NCBI GenBank assembly: GCA_963823665.1
Contig: CAWGMQ010000012.1
Coordinates: forward strand, 96,001-160,000
Reading direction: 5' to 3'
Origin: an uncultured Planctomycetota bacterium
GTDB taxonomy: Bacteria; Planctomycetota; Planctomycetia; Isosphaerales; Isosphaeraceae
Length of the DNA stretch: 64,000 nt
In this document: positions 22,303 to 32,186 of the stretch, in pieces
Layout of the letters: each line of letters starts with the position of its first letter
Numbering within the stretch: the stretch's first letter is position 1
Translations under genes and position numbers: made by a program
Notes under the pieces: model-generated
Seen by the model: only the letters and a program-made list of their open reading frames with translations
Databases searched by the model: none
What the model was told of the DNA's origin: nothing

Positions 22303-24222
22303 TTAGCCGACCGAATCCGTCGCTCTGGTGGTGACCACTTTGTTCAAACGAGCCGTCAACTTCTCGGGCACCTGAAAAAAGTGCTTGCCTTCACGATAGA
22401 TTTCGACGTCCTTCAGCCACTGAAATGTTCTTGATGAAAGCCTCCAGCAGAAAACCAATCCCGCCCCAGTCTCCAGGTCCAGTCGGACTACGTTGAAAGC
22501 CTTTTCGTAGTGCTCCGCAGCGTACAATGCGCCGGCGGAAATATGACAGTATTCGCGGCCGGCGAAAAAGGACGCCTGAACGTGCGGGTCGTGCTCGTGC
22601 CCGCGAAGAACGAAGTCAAAATACGGGAACGTCTTTCGCTGGTAACGCATGTCGTCGAGGATATACCAGTCGGTCTCTGGAGGATGATGCACGAGGGCAA
22701 GGCGGATCTGTGCCTCCTGTAATCCCTCCACTGCGTCATCAATCTGTGGGACGCCCAGAACCAGTCGCCCACGGTCCGCGTCCGAACTGGAGCGCCAAGC
22801 GGAATTGAGCCCAGCGATTCCGACGTTGACACCCTTGATTGCTTGAATCGTGATAAACGAGCCGTATCGATTGAGTAGCGGTTGTCCAAACCGTCCGCAT
22901 CGCGCCGCAAATGTCTGGAAGTTCTCCAGCCTACGAAAAACTCGCGCACGGTCGTCCTCGTAATTATGCGATTTCAGATACTCCATTGTCGCCTGATACG
23001 AGGTGAGGAACGCAAGAGCGGCAGTCTCTTCCCGTTGGTACCGTTCAACTAGCGGACGATACACGTCGTGATTGCCTGGTACCACCATGATCGGCGCATC
23101 GGGCTCGGGTAGGCACGCATGCAGTTGCTCGAGAAACATTAAAGCAATATCATATTCCTTGTCGTCACCCGAAAACGCGACATCTCCAGTCAGGAAAACG
23201 AAGTCCGGACTGAGATCCTCCTCACCGAGTAACTTGGGTAAGTCTGCGATGAACGACTCCTTCACCTTGTCTCCCGCCCAGTCGTTCTGCCGCACTTCCG
23301 AGCCGTCTGCCTTGAATTGAAGATCTGAAATGTGAAGCCACGTTAAGGTCTGGCCTGAAACACGACGGGGCGATTTTCCGGACAACGAAATCACAGCAGG
23401 TGCATTGACATTCACTTTCAAGACATTGGGCTTGCGAAGGAAGCTGTCGACCGCAACCGACGGGACCTCCGAAGCATGAAGATCCTGCTTTTGGGTCGAG
23501 ATTGAGTCCGCTGCGCTGGCCCCCGAGCTTTGAACCGTCAAGATTCCCGCCCAACGCGTCAGGGCATCGCGAAAACGGCCTAACTCTGGACGCACGTTCA
23601 ACGCCTGCAGCACGGGCAACGCGGGCGAGTCGCCGTTCGCAACCGCACGCGCCAGATCCCGGAAAAGTCCCGAACGCAAGCAAATCGTCATCGCGTCGCG
23701 GCATTCGTAAGCTCCGCCGAACAACTGTTGAGGCAACGCATCCCAGGCCTGGCGGACTGCGCGGATGGACGGCTGCTCGGCGTCCAGACGCCGCAGAAAC
23801 GGAAGGACGGACTGTCCTTGGTACTGGGCACAGTGCAAGGCTCCCGGCAGATCAGCCATCTCCGGGAGAGGCGCGGCGTAGAGTATGGCTTCCAACGAAT
23901 CGAGCGTCCGCGTCGCGGCGAGGCATTCGTCCAGCTCCTCCGCCGCTTGAGCGCGAACCTCGTCGGAGTGGCTCGGATCGAGCAATAGCAGGCTTACATC
24001 GAGCGCCTCCTCACGCCATACCGCCAGTTCCAACCGCTGCCGAACAGCCGTGGGATCGCAGTCTTCCAGGAACTCGAGATCTGCCCCTTCCCCGATCAGC
24101 AGGTGATACTCGTCGTGTCGCCGCGGAATCAGTTCATCGGGCTCGTCGACGTCCAGGGAGAAGAGTTGGTCGCCATGCACGATTAACGCCACACCGGCCC
24201 GGCCGGAAATAACCGCATTCAT
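22303..24222 (-). CDS. Unknown N-terminal helical domain fused to a calcineurin-like metallophosphoesterase
   Basis: WLHISDLQF, LTGDVAFSG, VPGNHDV, LNSAW, LVHHPP and LRGHEH motifs in the C-terminal ~350 aa; ATGA overlap with the upstream gene. Confidence 0.85.
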   Translation of the reverse strand: MNAVISGRAGVALIVHGDQLFSLDVDEPDELIPRRHDEYHLLIGEGADLEFLEDCDPTAVRQRLELAVWREEALDVSLLLLDPSHSDEVRAQAAEELDECLAATRTLDSLEAILYAAPLPEMADLPGALHCAQYQGQSVLPFLRRLDAEQPSIRAVRQAWDALPQQLFGGAYECRDAMTICLRSGLFRDLARAVANGDSPALPVLQALNVRPELGRFRDALTRWAGILTVQSSGASAADSISTQKQDLHASEVPSVAVDSFLRKPNVLKVNVNAPAVISLSGKSPRRVSGQTLTWLHISDLQFKADGSEVRQNDWAGDKVKESFIADLPKLLGEEDLSPDFVFLTGDVAFSGDDKEYDIALMFLEQLHACLPEPDAPIMVVPGNHDVYRPLVERYQREETAALAFLTSYQATMEYLKSHNYEDDRARVFRRLENFQTFAARCGRFGQPLLNRYGSFITIQAIKGVNVGIAGLNSAWRSSSDADRGRLVLGVPQIDDAVEGLQEAQIRLALVHHPPETDWYILDDMRYQRKTFPYFDFVLRGHEHDPHVQASFFAGREYCHISAGALYAAEHYEKAFNVVRLDLETGAGLVFCWRLSSRTFQWLKDVEIYREGKHFFQVPEKLTARLNKVVTTRATDSVG

Positions 24223-25073
24223 TTGCGCACCTCGAATGCGATGTCGGCCCGGCCAAGCTCAACTTCCACAGCCTGTCGAACGCTTTTCTTCGGCTGGCGC
24301 CCCTTGAGTCGAACGATTACCCGCGCGAACATGCGCAATGTCAGCGAGCCAAAGATATGGACCTCTACGAATTCGTCGGTTGCGGGCGCACCGGGCTTGA
24401 GCAGCACTTTCGGAAATTCGGCGGCCGTTGTGTCGCTTTTTAGTCGGTTCGCCAGCTTTGCCGCCGAGATTCGATGCCGATCATTCCAGGCAGCGCGATA
24501 ACCGCGAGGTAACTCCGGAGCGTCCCATATCTTGATATCGTGTTTTTTCATGAACATCACGCTGTTCTCATCGAATACCGATGCGCGGTGAGCGATCATC
24601 TCCTCCTTCATCACGACGGAACAGTTGCCATAGTTGGTCAACCCTTCTCCATCCAGTGTCAAGGCGGCAAAACGAATCTCCGATTTGACACGGTCGCCAA
24701 AAAGGGCCGTGTCGGCCAAGCTCCGTAGAACATCCCAGTTGTCGCCGGCGGGGATACGGAGTTGAGTCAACTGATAGTAGGTAGCGTACAACTCTTTGTC
24801 GCTCCTGGCCAGCCGAGCGACCTCCGCAATCGGTCGAGCAATAACGGCTTCCGATCCTTGAACGGCGGTTTCAAATTCCTCAAGAATCTGTTGTACTCCG
24901 CGAGCGATGGCGTTCTGGCGGGCGCCTTGGTACCGAATCTCAAGAGCTTGAAGTTCTTCTGGCTCTTCCGCGAGAAGCACATTCGGAAACCGCGATGGCC
25001 GCGCGCAATGGGGGCAGGCGGTCCAATCCAGCGGAACCGCAAACTGGCAATACGGGCACGGAGCGCTCTGCAT
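24219..25073 (-). CDS. Zn-ribbon protein with an uncharacterised, possibly ADP-ribosyltransferase-like domain
   Basis: CPYC-x10-CPHC N-terminus; IRFAAL...YGNCSV...R.S.F.ENS...DEFVEVHIFG. The ORF is well supported; the function is speculative. Confidence 0.7.
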   Translation of the reverse strand: MQSAPCPYCQFAVPLDWTACPHCARPSRFPNVLLAEEPEELQALEIRYQGARQNAIARGVQQILEEFETAVQGSEAVIARPIAEVARLARSDKELYATYYQLTQLRIPAGDNWDVLRSLADTALFGDRVKSEIRFAALTLDGEGLTNYGNCSVVMKEEMIAHRASVFDENSVMFMKKHDIKIWDAPELPRGYRAAWNDRHRISAAKLANRLKSDTTAAEFPKVLLKPGAPATDEFVEVHIFGSLTLRMFARVIVRLKGRQPKKSVRQAVEVELGRADIAFEVRK

Positions 25074-25361
25074 CGCACACCTATGAGGTAACCGACCGAG
25101 TAATCAGAACTGGCTAAATCTTGAAGACATATTGGTCTAACGCTGCTAACACTTTGCTGGCCCTCCCGTTGCAAGAACCGCACATCGCAAACATATTGAA
25201 CCAACATCCCGCTCACAGGGGCAATATACTTGCCAGCGCGATTGATAGCGAAAGAGGCGCAACGCGCTTGAATTCCGCGGCCTCTAGCCCCATCTTCGTG
25301 GGATGCTCTGTGGTAGACTTCTCGTGACCCCACCCCCGCTCTCACTGAGGATCGAACGCCC

Positions 25362-26399
25362 ATGCGCACCGTCCGAATGACAAGCTTCTTCGCTTTCGGC
25401 CTGATCCTGCTCTCAACCAAAGGCCCCAGCGCGGCCGAGCCCAGCGATCGTCCCGCTGATAGCAAGAAATACCTGATCATCCACGCCGACGACGGCGGCA
25501 TGTGCCACTCCGTGAACCGAGCGACCGTCGAGGCATTGGAGAAAGGAATCGTCTCCTCGTGCAGCATCATGATCCCCTGCCCTTGGGTCACCGAGTTCGC
25601 CAACTATGCGAAGGCTCACCCGGAAAAAGACTATGGCGTTCATCTGACACTGAACTCCGAGTGGTCGGTCTACCGCTGGGGCCCGGTCGCCGGCCGGAAC
25701 GTGGTTCCGAGCCTGGTCGACGCCGACGGCTACCTCTACCGCGACGTCCCCAGCGTGGCCAAGAACGCCAAAGCCGACGAGGTCGAGATCGAGCTGACAG
25801 CGCAGATCGAGCGAGCCAAGGCCCTCGGCATCCCGCTCAGCCACATCGATACGCACATGGGCGCCGTCGTGAGCCGGCCCGACCTGGTCGAGATCTATGT
25901 TAAGCTCGGGCTGAAGTACGACCTGCCCATGCTCTTCCTGCGCAAGATTGAAGGCCCGGTCGTCGAGGCGTATCCGGCGTTGCGCGAGCGCGGCAAAGAG
26001 CTGCTCGCAGCCCTCGACGCGCGGCGGTTTCCCGTTCTGGATAACCTGGCCCAATTCTACGGCGGCAATTCGCACGACCAGCGCGTCGAGAGCTATTTGA
26101 AAACGCTACGAACTCTACCAACAGGCACGAGCCAGCTCATCATCCACTGCGGTGTCTTGGACGACGAACTCCGCGCTGTGACCAACAGCGCCTCGAATCG
26201 CGACGGCGACCGCCGTATCTTCACGGATCCCGCGATCGCCGCCGAGATCAAGCGCTTGGAAATCGAGGTGATCTCATGGAAACAGTTCCGAGCCATGACC
26301 GAAGGAGCGCCAGCAGCCAAAGGCGACCGCACCGGCACAAAGGAACAGCCCATGACACCGTCCTCAACGACCTACTCGTTAAGGATGCCCGCGCTGTAG
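25362..26399 (+). CDS. Exported ChbG/YdjC-family carbohydrate deacetylase
   Basis: Signal peptide; [22 protein letters not shown] and LIIHCG motifs. Confidence 0.88.
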   Translation: MRTVRMTSFFAFGLILLSTKGPSAAEPSDRPADSKKYLIIHADDGGMCHSVNRATVEALEKGIVSSCSIMIPCPWVTEFANYAKAHPEKDYGVHLTLNSEWSVYRWGPVAGRNVVPSLVDADGYLYRDVPSVAKNAKADEVEIELTAQIERAKALGIPLSHIDTHMGAVVSRPDLVEIYVKLGLKYDLPMLFLRKIEGPVVEAYPALRERGKELLAALDARRFPVLDNLAQFYGGNSHDQRVESYLKTLRTLPTGTSQLIIHCGVLDDELRAVTNSASNRDGDRRIFTDPAIAAEIKRLEIEVISWKQFRAMTEGAPAAKGDRTGTKEQPMTPSSTTYSLRMPAL

Positions 26400-28184
26400 A
26401 GGGTGCTCTCGAAGTACGAGCGATACTCATATTCGCTCATTTGCTGCACATAAACCCTGGTGCCGTTCGGGAGCACCTCGATCGACTGCCCGGCCGGATC
26501 GCTCGCCGAGCCCGAGACCCCCGGACGTGAAGGCCAGGTTGCCGTTGGGGAGCAGCTCCGAGCTCCCGAGGAAGGCCGAGTAGTTGCCCATGTCGGCATT
26601 CACCACCAGCGTCGCCGTCATGTTCTGCTCGTTGAGGACCCATTCCTGCCCGCGGCTATCCGCCTTCGGGTTGTACGCGTGGCGGGTGTTCCCGTCATCG
26701 AAGACCAGCATGGTGTTGTCGTTGATGTAGCGCACGTCGTGCTGGTGGGAGAACCACGGGTTGGGGCGTGTTGGCGATGGCCTTGAAATTGCCGCCCGGC
26801 CCCCAGCTTCCAGACGATGTGGCCGTTGCCGGTCCCGTTGGCGTAATCGATCTTGATCACCCAGTCCTGGGCGCGCAGCGAGACGATCAGGTCCCCGTCC
26901 TCGGGCGACCAGCTCACGGAGTTGGCGTGCAGCCAGTCGGTCGGGTCCCGGTCATCCGTGCCGAGGCGGTTGGTGTTGAGCCAGTGGAAGGAGTTCCAGA
27001 CCCACGACACCTGGAAGTTCTGATTCAGGACGAGGACCATGTCGCCGTTGAACTTGGTGGGCCTCCCCTTGTAATTGACGATCTTCGGCGTGCTGGCGAT
27101 GACGACCGTGTCGCCGTTGGGCAGGAGCTTGGCCTCGTGGTCGAAGTCGAGGATCTGCGGCTGGTGCATCGCGGCCAGCTCGGCGTTGACGGCATGGATG
27201 TTCGTCTGGCGCAGGGTGTCGCCGGCCAGGTCGACCTGCCGCAACGTGTTATAGCCCGCGGCGACGCCGACGACGTTGCCGCCCAGCATCATCACCGTGC
27301 CGCCCGGCTCGAGGTTCTGGGCATAGCCGGGGAAGTTGTTGGCCACCGAGTCATAGTACCAGATGACGTTGCCGCTCAAGTCGGTCGCCACGGTGTTGAC
27401 CGCGTTCTTGGCGGTCGTCTTGTTGACCCCGGCGTGGAAGATCATGCTCTGGCTCAGGTCCGTCCCGGCGGCCGGCGGCTGCACCACGGTGAAGGTGGGG
27501 AAATTGCAGGTTGGCCGGCAGGCTCCCGGTGGTGAACGCGAGCGGGGCGGAGACCGTCCCGTCATCCAGGACGTCCCGCATGAGGTAGGTCGTGTTGGGC
27601 AGCATGCCGGCCACGATGAAGTTGGTGCTCTCGCCCGGGACGATGGGCAGCGGGGAGGTATTCTGCCAGGACAGGGTGGGGCCCTGCTCGGCGAACTGGA
27701 CGTACATCGAGGCGCCGGGCGAGGGAGGCGCGCTGTACAGGGCGACCAGGGGGTTGGCCATGGGGCTGACCACGGCGCTGTCCCCCACAACACGCGTCTG
27801 CGCCGTATACGTCGCGGTCGCGGATTCGCTCTTCCGGGCGCCGAATCCGTACTTGACGTCCACCTGGATCTCGTAGGTCCCCTGCTGCATGGGGTTCCAG
27901 GTGAAGCTGTTGCTGAGGCTGAAGTCGCTCACGACCTGGAGGGCACCGCCCTGCTGCTCGACGCTGAACTGGTAGACGGCGTTTTGCCCGTCGCCGCTGG
28001 ACGTCGCCGTCCAGATGACCGGCGATCCGACGTAGGGGACAGCCGGGGCGATGTCGGTCAGGGAGACGGACAGGAGGCAGCGATCCTCCAGTGGCGTGCA
28101 GTCGGGCCGATGCCGCCGGGGGCGACGATTCAGGGCGCGCCGGGCCGCGGCTCGCGTGCAAAATAACATGAGAGGTCGCCACAT
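26372..28184 (-). CDS. Exported aryl-sulfate sulfotransferase-like protein interrupted by four +1 frameshifts
   Basis: Export motif [47 protein letters not shown] and FDDGN motifs; extra bases in G/C runs near 27498, 26798, 26764 and 26512. Confidence 0.8.
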
Positions 28185-28690
28185 GATAAGAACTCCGGAT
28201 AGAAAATAATCGCAGCGCGAGCCCTGCCTCCGGGGCCTCAACTGCAAAGTTTTGTTAGTGCGCTGCAATCCTTGGGGGCGCACGGGGCGAGGACTGTGAC
28301 CGACTAACGCCGCGCGTCGCTGTTGCACGGCTGGGTCGGTCGCATGGGCCAGGGGGTGTGGGCGCGTGTAGCTTCGGGGCTGGTTACAGCCCACAACACC
28401 CGTCGGTGCCGATCGTCGTCTCTCCTCGCCAGTCGGGCCGATGGGTCGATCTAAGCCCGTCTATTAGAAACACACCGTGACCAGATCGCAACAAAGAAGA
28501 CAGAAAAAAGTGCGCAAAGCGCCATCCATCGCTAATCCGTACAGATTCGTGAATATATGTAAAGTGGCAAACTGCGAGCGCACACGATGAACATTGCCCG
28601 GTACGGAGACGAGCGCCGGGCTCATGGTCAATAGAATTGCATTTATGAAATTATTTGGATGTTAATAGTTTTTATATATTGAAATGACTA

Positions 28691-28862
28691 AATATACTTG
28701 TACGGTCATGCGATTCAGGTGGGTGGCGCTAGCGTCACCGGTATTCCGGTGTAGCAGGCACACTCCGTGTGCCGTCCGCCGAAGTTGCCGGTGAGTGGCA
28801 CTGGCCAGGTCAGTCCTCCATGCTCGGGCGAATCGCCGTCCCGGAATCGCGAAAAGCCATTT
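28691..28862 (+). repeat. Dispersed ~173-bp element, copy 2
   Basis: Identical 23-nt core at 28751-28773; ends GAATCGCGAAAAGCCATTT like copy 1. Confidence 0.85.
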
Positions 28863-29099
28863 AGCGACGCGTCTGCAATCGCTTCGCACGATCCGGACAG
28901 GCGTCAGTCAGCTCTCATCCATTGCGGCGTCCTCGCCGACGAGCTCTGCGTGATGACAGGTCACAGCTTTCGCGGAGGCCGAAACTCTGTCTATGGTCTG
29001 ACCAGGGAAGGCTTCGAGCGGAAGACCGAGCCTCTGGCTTGGGCGAAGGAAGCGGGCTGATATTATTCCTCCAGGCTCACCCGCACGCCTGACGCTCCC

Positions 29100-31586
29100 T
29101 CAATCCGCCCGAACCCTCGCCCCTTCTTTCTTGGCTTGCTCAAAGAATGCCGGTCCGTTGAAGATATCCTTCGGAAAATCCTCGGCCTGCAAGGTTTTGA
29201 TATTCACCCACATGTACCTGGTCCGATCCGGCTTCTTGGTCGTCGGCTTTTCCCGCTCCAGCCCGGAGGTTTCCGACTTCTCCCACAGCGAGACGTACCA
29301 CGACCCATTCGCAAGCTGCTGGAACGCCTTCGCCCGCACGTCCTGCAGATCCCATGTCTCTCGCCCGTACGTCTTTTGCCACGTGACGTGCCGCATCGCA
29401 ATCCAGTCATGGGCTGGGTCGAGCGTGTAAATCTGCGGATACGGCTCGTGACGATCGCCAACTTGAATCGTGCCATTCGTCTTGATGACGATCATTCCCG
29501 GCGGCGTTCCGGCTTCCGGGGTCAGCACCTCGAGGCCGAGTGCCCTCGACCTGGCCACGGCCCAGTGCTGCTCCACGAACGTGGGTAACCCGTCGAATCC
29601 ATGGTCCATCACGTGAACTTCGATGTCGCGCGGCCGGTCCGGCTCGACCGAAAATCGCGTGAGGTGGTACGTCATCCTTCCGTCCGCGAGGCCCACATTC
29701 ACCGACTTCTTGAACGGGAACCAAAGAGCGACGCGATCAGCGTCGAACGCGCCCGTCGGGGCATCACTGATCTTTGGAAAGAGTCCGTCGGGCCGATTGC
29801 CGTAGTCCTGATTATCAGCTTTGAAGTAGCGGGTCAGCTCGTCGTCGAGAGATCGATGCACGTCGCTCATCATGTTCTTGCAAAAGCCGTCAATGAACGC
29901 TTCCTTCACGGACCAGTATTCCAGGTGAATCTCGCCGCGGTAGCCCTTGCTCACCACGCGCAGGTCGCGCGGAAACTTGCGGATCGCCTCAACCTGTCCG
30001 GCGATCGCCTTGCGAACCTCGGGCATCTGATCGGCCCATTTGGAAGACCGCCGTGTTGCTTCGCGATCGACAATCGGCGCCTCGCGCGGCACCCCCAGCG
30101 CCGCCAGGTCGGCCGGGCCGGTCTCCGGATAGTCGTAATCAATCGTCTCGAATTCCTTGCCGTATCGATCCTGATCGGCGGCCTGATAACGCTTCTTCGA
30201 TCGCAATCGCCGCCGGGTTTCGGCGTCGTACCACACTTGCTCTTGCAACCGCATCGCGCCCAGCGCGTCGTGCTCGTAATCATCGCAGCGAATCGTCTTC
30301 TTGCCGTCGAGCGTGTCGAACGCGTACTCCGAGGCGATGACCGCCCGGAACAGCCGCAGTAACGGAGGCGTGCGCGAAGGCACCTTCCGGTTCGGATCGT
30401 CTTGAATGTCGTGGGCTGCCGGGGTGATCAATCGCCCCAATCTGTCCTTCATGTCGTGATACGGAGTCGGCTTGGATTTTTCGATCGCCCCACTTCCCCT
30501 GTAGGTCAGCCACTCTCGCGTCGAGGCATCGAGCATCGACACGGTCTTCCCCTCGCGCTTGAACTCGATCGCGGTGTCGAGATTCGCCCAGTACTCCGCG
30601 CCTCGGTCACTCTTGAGATGAACCCAGCGCACCGGAACGAGTTCGACCTTCTGCGCGGGCTCGGCTCGCGTTTTGGGAACGACCTTCGGCTCATCCTCGA
30701 CGGTATTGACCGGTACCGGGGCTGCCTTGGCCGCCGGCGGCCGGGGATCGTCCGCTCGCGTGAATGCATACGCCGCCGCCGCGGCCGAGAGCAGGCCCGC
30801 GACGAACATGACCTTCACGCCTTTCGCAAACACGCTCGCACGAGCCGCGCTCCCGGCGAGTCGAGTCGCCAGCACCGAGGCCTCGCGCGTGCCCAGCGCG
30901 ACGCGCGCGGTCTGCTCGACGAAGCCGGCCGGCAAGGCGCCTTGCGCGATCAAACCAAGAGCGCCCAGGCGCCCCAGCACCAAGGGTGGCACACCCCGGG
31001 CCGCCAGGCGATTGCGCAGCCGATCTCTCGCACCGGCGAGCCTGCGGCGGAGGGTCGCCTCGCCGCAATCAAGCACCCGGGCCGCTTCGAGCTGCGGCAT
31101 GCCTTCCAGGTCGCAAAGCACAAGCGGCCGGCGATAGCGCTCGGGCAGCCGCGCAATCGCGTCATGAAGCTCGGCGGCTTGTTGGTCGTCGTCGCTACGT
31201 GCGGGAAGTGCGGCGAGATCGATTCCGCCCTGTTCTCTCGTCCGCCGGCGCGACGCCTCGCGATTGGCCCGGATCGCCACGTGATAAGCGACGCGATAGA
31301 GCCAGCCCCCCAGCGATTCATCGACCCAGAGCGACCCCGCACGCCTCACCAGAATAAGGAACGTGGCCTGAAACGCATCTTCGACTTCGTGCGAATCGCG
31401 CAGCACATCGCGGCAGACCGAGCACACCATGGGCCCATGTCGCGCCACCAGAGCACCGAACGCGTCCTCATCACGGCTCGCGACAAATCGCCGCAAAAGC
31501 GCCGCATCCGACTGTCCCACGACCGACTGGCCGGAAAACAGCAGTTGAATCGACCGTAGTGTCTCTCCCAACCGCGTGCTCGCCAT
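29100..31586 (-). CDS. ECF sigma factor with a transmembrane segment and a long C-terminal extracytoplasmic extension
   Basis: SDAALLRRFV...AFGALVARHGPMV...VEDAFQATFLIL...LPERYRRPLVLCDLEG; hydrophobic VMFVAGLLSAAAAAYAF; ~550-aa tail. Confidence 0.9.
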   Translation of the reverse strand: MASTRLGETLRSIQLLFSGQSVVGQSDAALLRRFVASRDEDAFGALVARHGPMVCSVCRDVLRDSHEVEDAFQATFLILVRRAGSLWVDESLGGWLYRVAYHVAIRANREASRRRTREQGGIDLAALPARSDDDQQAAELHDAIARLPERYRRPLVLCDLEGMPQLEAARVLDCGEATLRRRLAGARDRLRNRLAARGVPPLVLGRLGALGLIAQGALPAGFVEQTARVALGTREASVLATRLAGSAARASVFAKGVKVMFVAGLLSAAAAAYAFTRADDPRPPAAKAAPVPVNTVEDEPKVVPKTRAEPAQKVELVPVRWVHLKSDRGAEYWANLDTAIEFKREGKTVSMLDASTREWLTYRGSGAIEKSKPTPYHDMKDRLGRLITPAAHDIQDDPNRKVPSRTPPLLRLFRAVIASEYAFDTLDGKKTIRCDDYEHDALGAMRLQEQVWYDAETRRRLRSKKRYQAADQDRYGKEFETIDYDYPETGPADLAALGVPREAPIVDREATRRSSKWADQMPEVRKAIAGQVEAIRKFPRDLRVVSKGYRGEIHLEYWSVKEAFIDGFCKNMMSDVHRSLDDELTRYFKADNQDYGNRPDGLFPKISDAPTGAFDADRVALWFPFKKSVNVGLADGRMTYHLTRFSVEPDRPRDIEVHVMDHGFDGLPTFVEQHWAVARSRALGLEVLTPEAGTPPGMIVIKTNGTIQVGDRHEPYPQIYTLDPAHDWIAMRHVTWQKTYGRETWDLQDVRAKAFQQLANGSWYVSLWEKSETSGLEREKPTTKKPDRTRYMWVNIKTLQAEDFPKDIFNGPAFFEQAKKEGARVRAD

Positions 31587-31724
31587 GGCGCTTCGGCTCC
31601 CCTGCTCTCTCGATCGATTGGTCCTGTCGACTATATCTAAGAGCGCGGGTTCCTGAGTCCGATCATCTTTTTTTTTCCGGCCCGCCGTTTCTTTTGCAAC
31701 CGCCGGCTACTCAAGGCGAAGGGA

Positions 31725-31759
31725 TTGCATTCCGTCTCAATGTGCAGTAAGATCTGCAC
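31725..31759 (+). promoter_or_regulatory. Sigma70-type promoter with overlapping palindromic operator for the BlaI/BlaR1 operon
   Basis: TTGCAT (31725)-17 bp-TAAGAT (31748); the inverted repeat GTGCAG/CTGCAC flanks the -10 box exactly. Confidence 0.7.
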
Positions 31760-31784
31760 GTAATACGAAATCAGAGAGACTGCC

Positions 31785-32186
31785 ATGCCGCGATTCACAC
31801 CGGGCGAGCTGAAGGTCATGCGACTGCTTTGGGAGCACGGCGAGCTGAAGCCGGCCGAGCTTCAGACGCGCTTCCCGGAGCCGATCAAGAACCCCGCGCT
31901 GCGGTCGTACTTGACGACCCTGGTCGAAAAGGGGCACCTCACCCGCCGCCGGGTGGGCAAGGCCTATTACTACAAGGCGGCCACCCGGTCGCGTTCCGCG
32001 TTCCGGACGATGCTCGCCGAGCTGGTCGAAGCTTATTGCGGGGGCTCGGTGTCGGCCCTGGTGATGAATCTGATCAAGTCCGAAAAGCTGAGCGAGGCCG
32101 ATCTGCTCGAGCTGAAGCGGTTAGCCGATGAAGATCGAGGCTCGCCTGCGCCGCAGCGCGAAAACGACAAAGGGGGAAAACAATGA
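31785..32186 (+). CDS. BlaI/MecI/CopY-family transcriptional repressor
   Basis: ELKVMRLLWEHG...LTTLVEKGHLTRRRVGKAYYY...LSEADLLELKRL. Confidence 0.92.
   Translation: MPRFTPGELKVMRLLWEHGELKPAELQTRFPEPIKNPALRSYLTTLVEKGHLTRRRVGKAYYYKAATRSRSAFRTMLAELVEAYCGGSVSALVMNLIKSEKLSEADLLELKRLADEDRGSPAPQRENDKGGKQ

Noticed and set aside
26372..28184. Programmed frameshifting or phase variation in the sulfotransferase
   Set aside because: Four independent +1 events in short runs fit sequencing error better.
28560..28700. AT-rich stretch as an origin or att site
   Set aside because: No DnaA boxes, iterons or integrase; more likely a promoter region.
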